A stretch of 64,000 bases of DNA from Fimbriosthenelais zetlandica. Its lineage: Eukaryota. How positions within the stretch are numbered: position 1 is the stretch's first letter; each line of letters opens with the position of its first letter. Below, one piece after another: positions 62,014-64,000 of the stretch. The position numbers were made by a program, and so were the translations under genes. The DNA lies in the NCBI GenBank assembly GCA_977030845.1, contig OZ365116.1, positions 20,336,001-20,400,000 of the forward strand. Direction: 5' to 3'. Below the pieces are notes generated by a model. It was not told where the DNA came from, did no database searches, and saw only the letters and a program-made list of their open reading frames with translations.

Positions 62014-64000
62014 GTGGGTTGATATAGCTCTAGTTTAATTTCTCATTGAATTTAAAGATGAACTGAACTACCTTCATTCCACGGCTGACCTAGTTAGATT
62101 ACTCAGTCTAATGAACTCACAAGTGTTTTATTATTCCGCCTACCCATCCGCCCCTTTATTCCCTCTCGTCACTCGCACATAATAGTCATCCAACCGTACG
62201 AGTAATTCCTATATACACCAATAGATCTAAATCTGTGCCAGTATCTTTGCCAATAAGCGGGCATAAACCATGGAGTGATCAATTCTTCAAGCCTCAAGCC
62301 ACGCAGCTCATATTAGATCACCCTGTTAGATGCATCAATTAGAGATCCCAAAGCTTTAAATAATCTAATATGAATCTGCCTTCTATCTAATTTGATGCTA
62401 CATTTCTGTCATGAACACCTGGCACCTGCCTGTCTACTGCTGCTATTTTAAGGCTGATGAATACGTGATTTCCCATAGAAATCTTTTATGAAAGAAACAC
62501 TTAACTTTGTGGCATTTATATCAGTGTTTCATCTTGAGTTGCTATCACTATCAAAGGTAATATATACAGGTAATACTTTTTCCCTGATCATATGCAGGAA
62601 GTCTGTATAGATAAAGACTATCCAGTATAATAGTGTGTGTTGGTCATGTCCTGAACTAACACCACATTACATTCACTGTATCCATGTTAGTCCCATGACC
62701 AGTGAGGCATGAGAGCCGTGGAATCCGATCCCTTCCCCCAGGAAATGTTAAAAAGCCAAGTAAGGATATCTGTCTGCAATTTCCCTTCTAAAGAGGGCCC
62801 AAAATGTAACATTGGTACCAGTGAATATCACATTTTATGTTAGTATTAATATAAAAATATATATTATGTCATTCACTTATACATTCCTTATAATTTTTGG
62901 ATTACTTTTCCACTACTGAGGGCATGTTTTCTCATCCCTATCAATGAGCAGATTGGGAACTTAACCTAGAAGTGGGTTTAACTCGCTTTAGTGGACTCCA
63001 ACCCCTTTTATGTGGTCCTTGCCCATTCACCAAATCCTGAAAGTTTTCTTGGGTTTGTACATTCTATGATTTCTTTGTCAAAGCTTTGTGTACTAAAGAG
63101 AATAAAGCTTGATGATGTATGGGCTTTAGTTACTCGCTCCACAGCCTCGAAAGCCTCTAGTCCTTTGGCCTCGAACCCTAAATCCCATAAAGTATGAGTC
63201 CTAACGTGCTTTATTTTATTATGTAGCATTCATCTGTCTGTATATGAGGCAGTAGGATCACATAGCAGAGTCTTTTATTGGCGGATGTGGCCAACACAGA
63301 TGTACACACAGACATTAGTGAGTATGTCCTCAGGCCATCTAGACAATAAGGTTGTCAAGTACACAGGTCTGCCGCAGTCAACTCCCAGACCTACTCTTAT
63401 ACATCTACTCTACTCTGCCTGTCTCCATCCACTACTCTCATTAATGGCCATTGACATGCCTGCCAACATGTCACCATGATTGTAATCATATATTGCCAAG
63501 TCTGCCTTCAATGAAATCTCTAACATAAACATCAGGCTCCTTAACTATTAAATGTTATTGGTCGATCCAACGAGTATAGAATGAAGTCCATACAGTTACT
63601 CGTTGGTCTATCTATATGTACGTCCTTGTGGAATAGACATTTCCTTCTCCTTTTGCTTTTCTTTTATGGGAGAATTCTGTGGAAATATGTTCTATGATGA
63701 CCTGACTATTTCTCAGGGATCAGACATGATTGAATGGTCTATAAAGACAGTTTGACCGTCATGAATTCAGATTATGGTTAAAGAAAGACCAGCAGCCATC
63801 CCCTCATGGTCTATTCAAGACAATGAAGTACGAGGCGTAGAGGGAGCCTGTGATCGGACCATGATAGTACCTCAGCAGACCGCCAGGGCGAGGATTGCTG
63901 GCGCCATCTGGGGGCATTATAAGCATTTTATATCCTGGTGGGCAGATAATGTTATCATGGACATCTAGAGGGCGAACATAAAGAATTAAGATAACCCGGG

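Noticed and set aside
1-64000. tRNA, rRNA, snRNA, CRISPR arrays, operons, intact transposon ORFs
   Set aside because: No matching signatures were seen; the DNA is intron-rich eukaryotic, and most listed short ORFs are intronic noise

Overview
Eukaryotic (metazoan, probably invertebrate) genomic DNA, roughly 40% GC, with spliceosomal introns. Most of the window is one + strand gene. I assembled 23 phase-compatible coding exons by hand from ATG 1787 to a donor at 54995 (3904 nt, about 1301 codons). The gene is still open at its 3' end, so the remaining exons must lie beyond 64000. Exons 1-2 closely resemble the N-terminal EF-hand pair of KASH5/CCDC155 and the long LRMP (IRAG2/Jaw1) isoform. Exons 5-18 are mostly coiled coil and exons 19-23 are S/P-rich and disordered. 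The IRAG/Jaw1 coiled coil and TM/KASH tail are not in the window. The main novelty is an apparent bank of alternative first exons: two long ones (7081-7725, 61683-62013) and several short ATG-to-donor cassettes in a 30 kb GC-AG intron, in the phase needed to join the 41-nt exon at 40626. Some cassettes carry lipidation-type N-termini (MGNCVS, MYCC). Also seen: a candidate alternative terminal exon with a hydrophobic tail, a MEF2/CRE internal promoter, a betaTrCP degron, an LC8 motif, a degenerate hammerhead-like fold and some repeats. I found no tRNA, rRNA, CRISPR array or intact transposon ORF. All calls are from reading the sequence; no database search was run.
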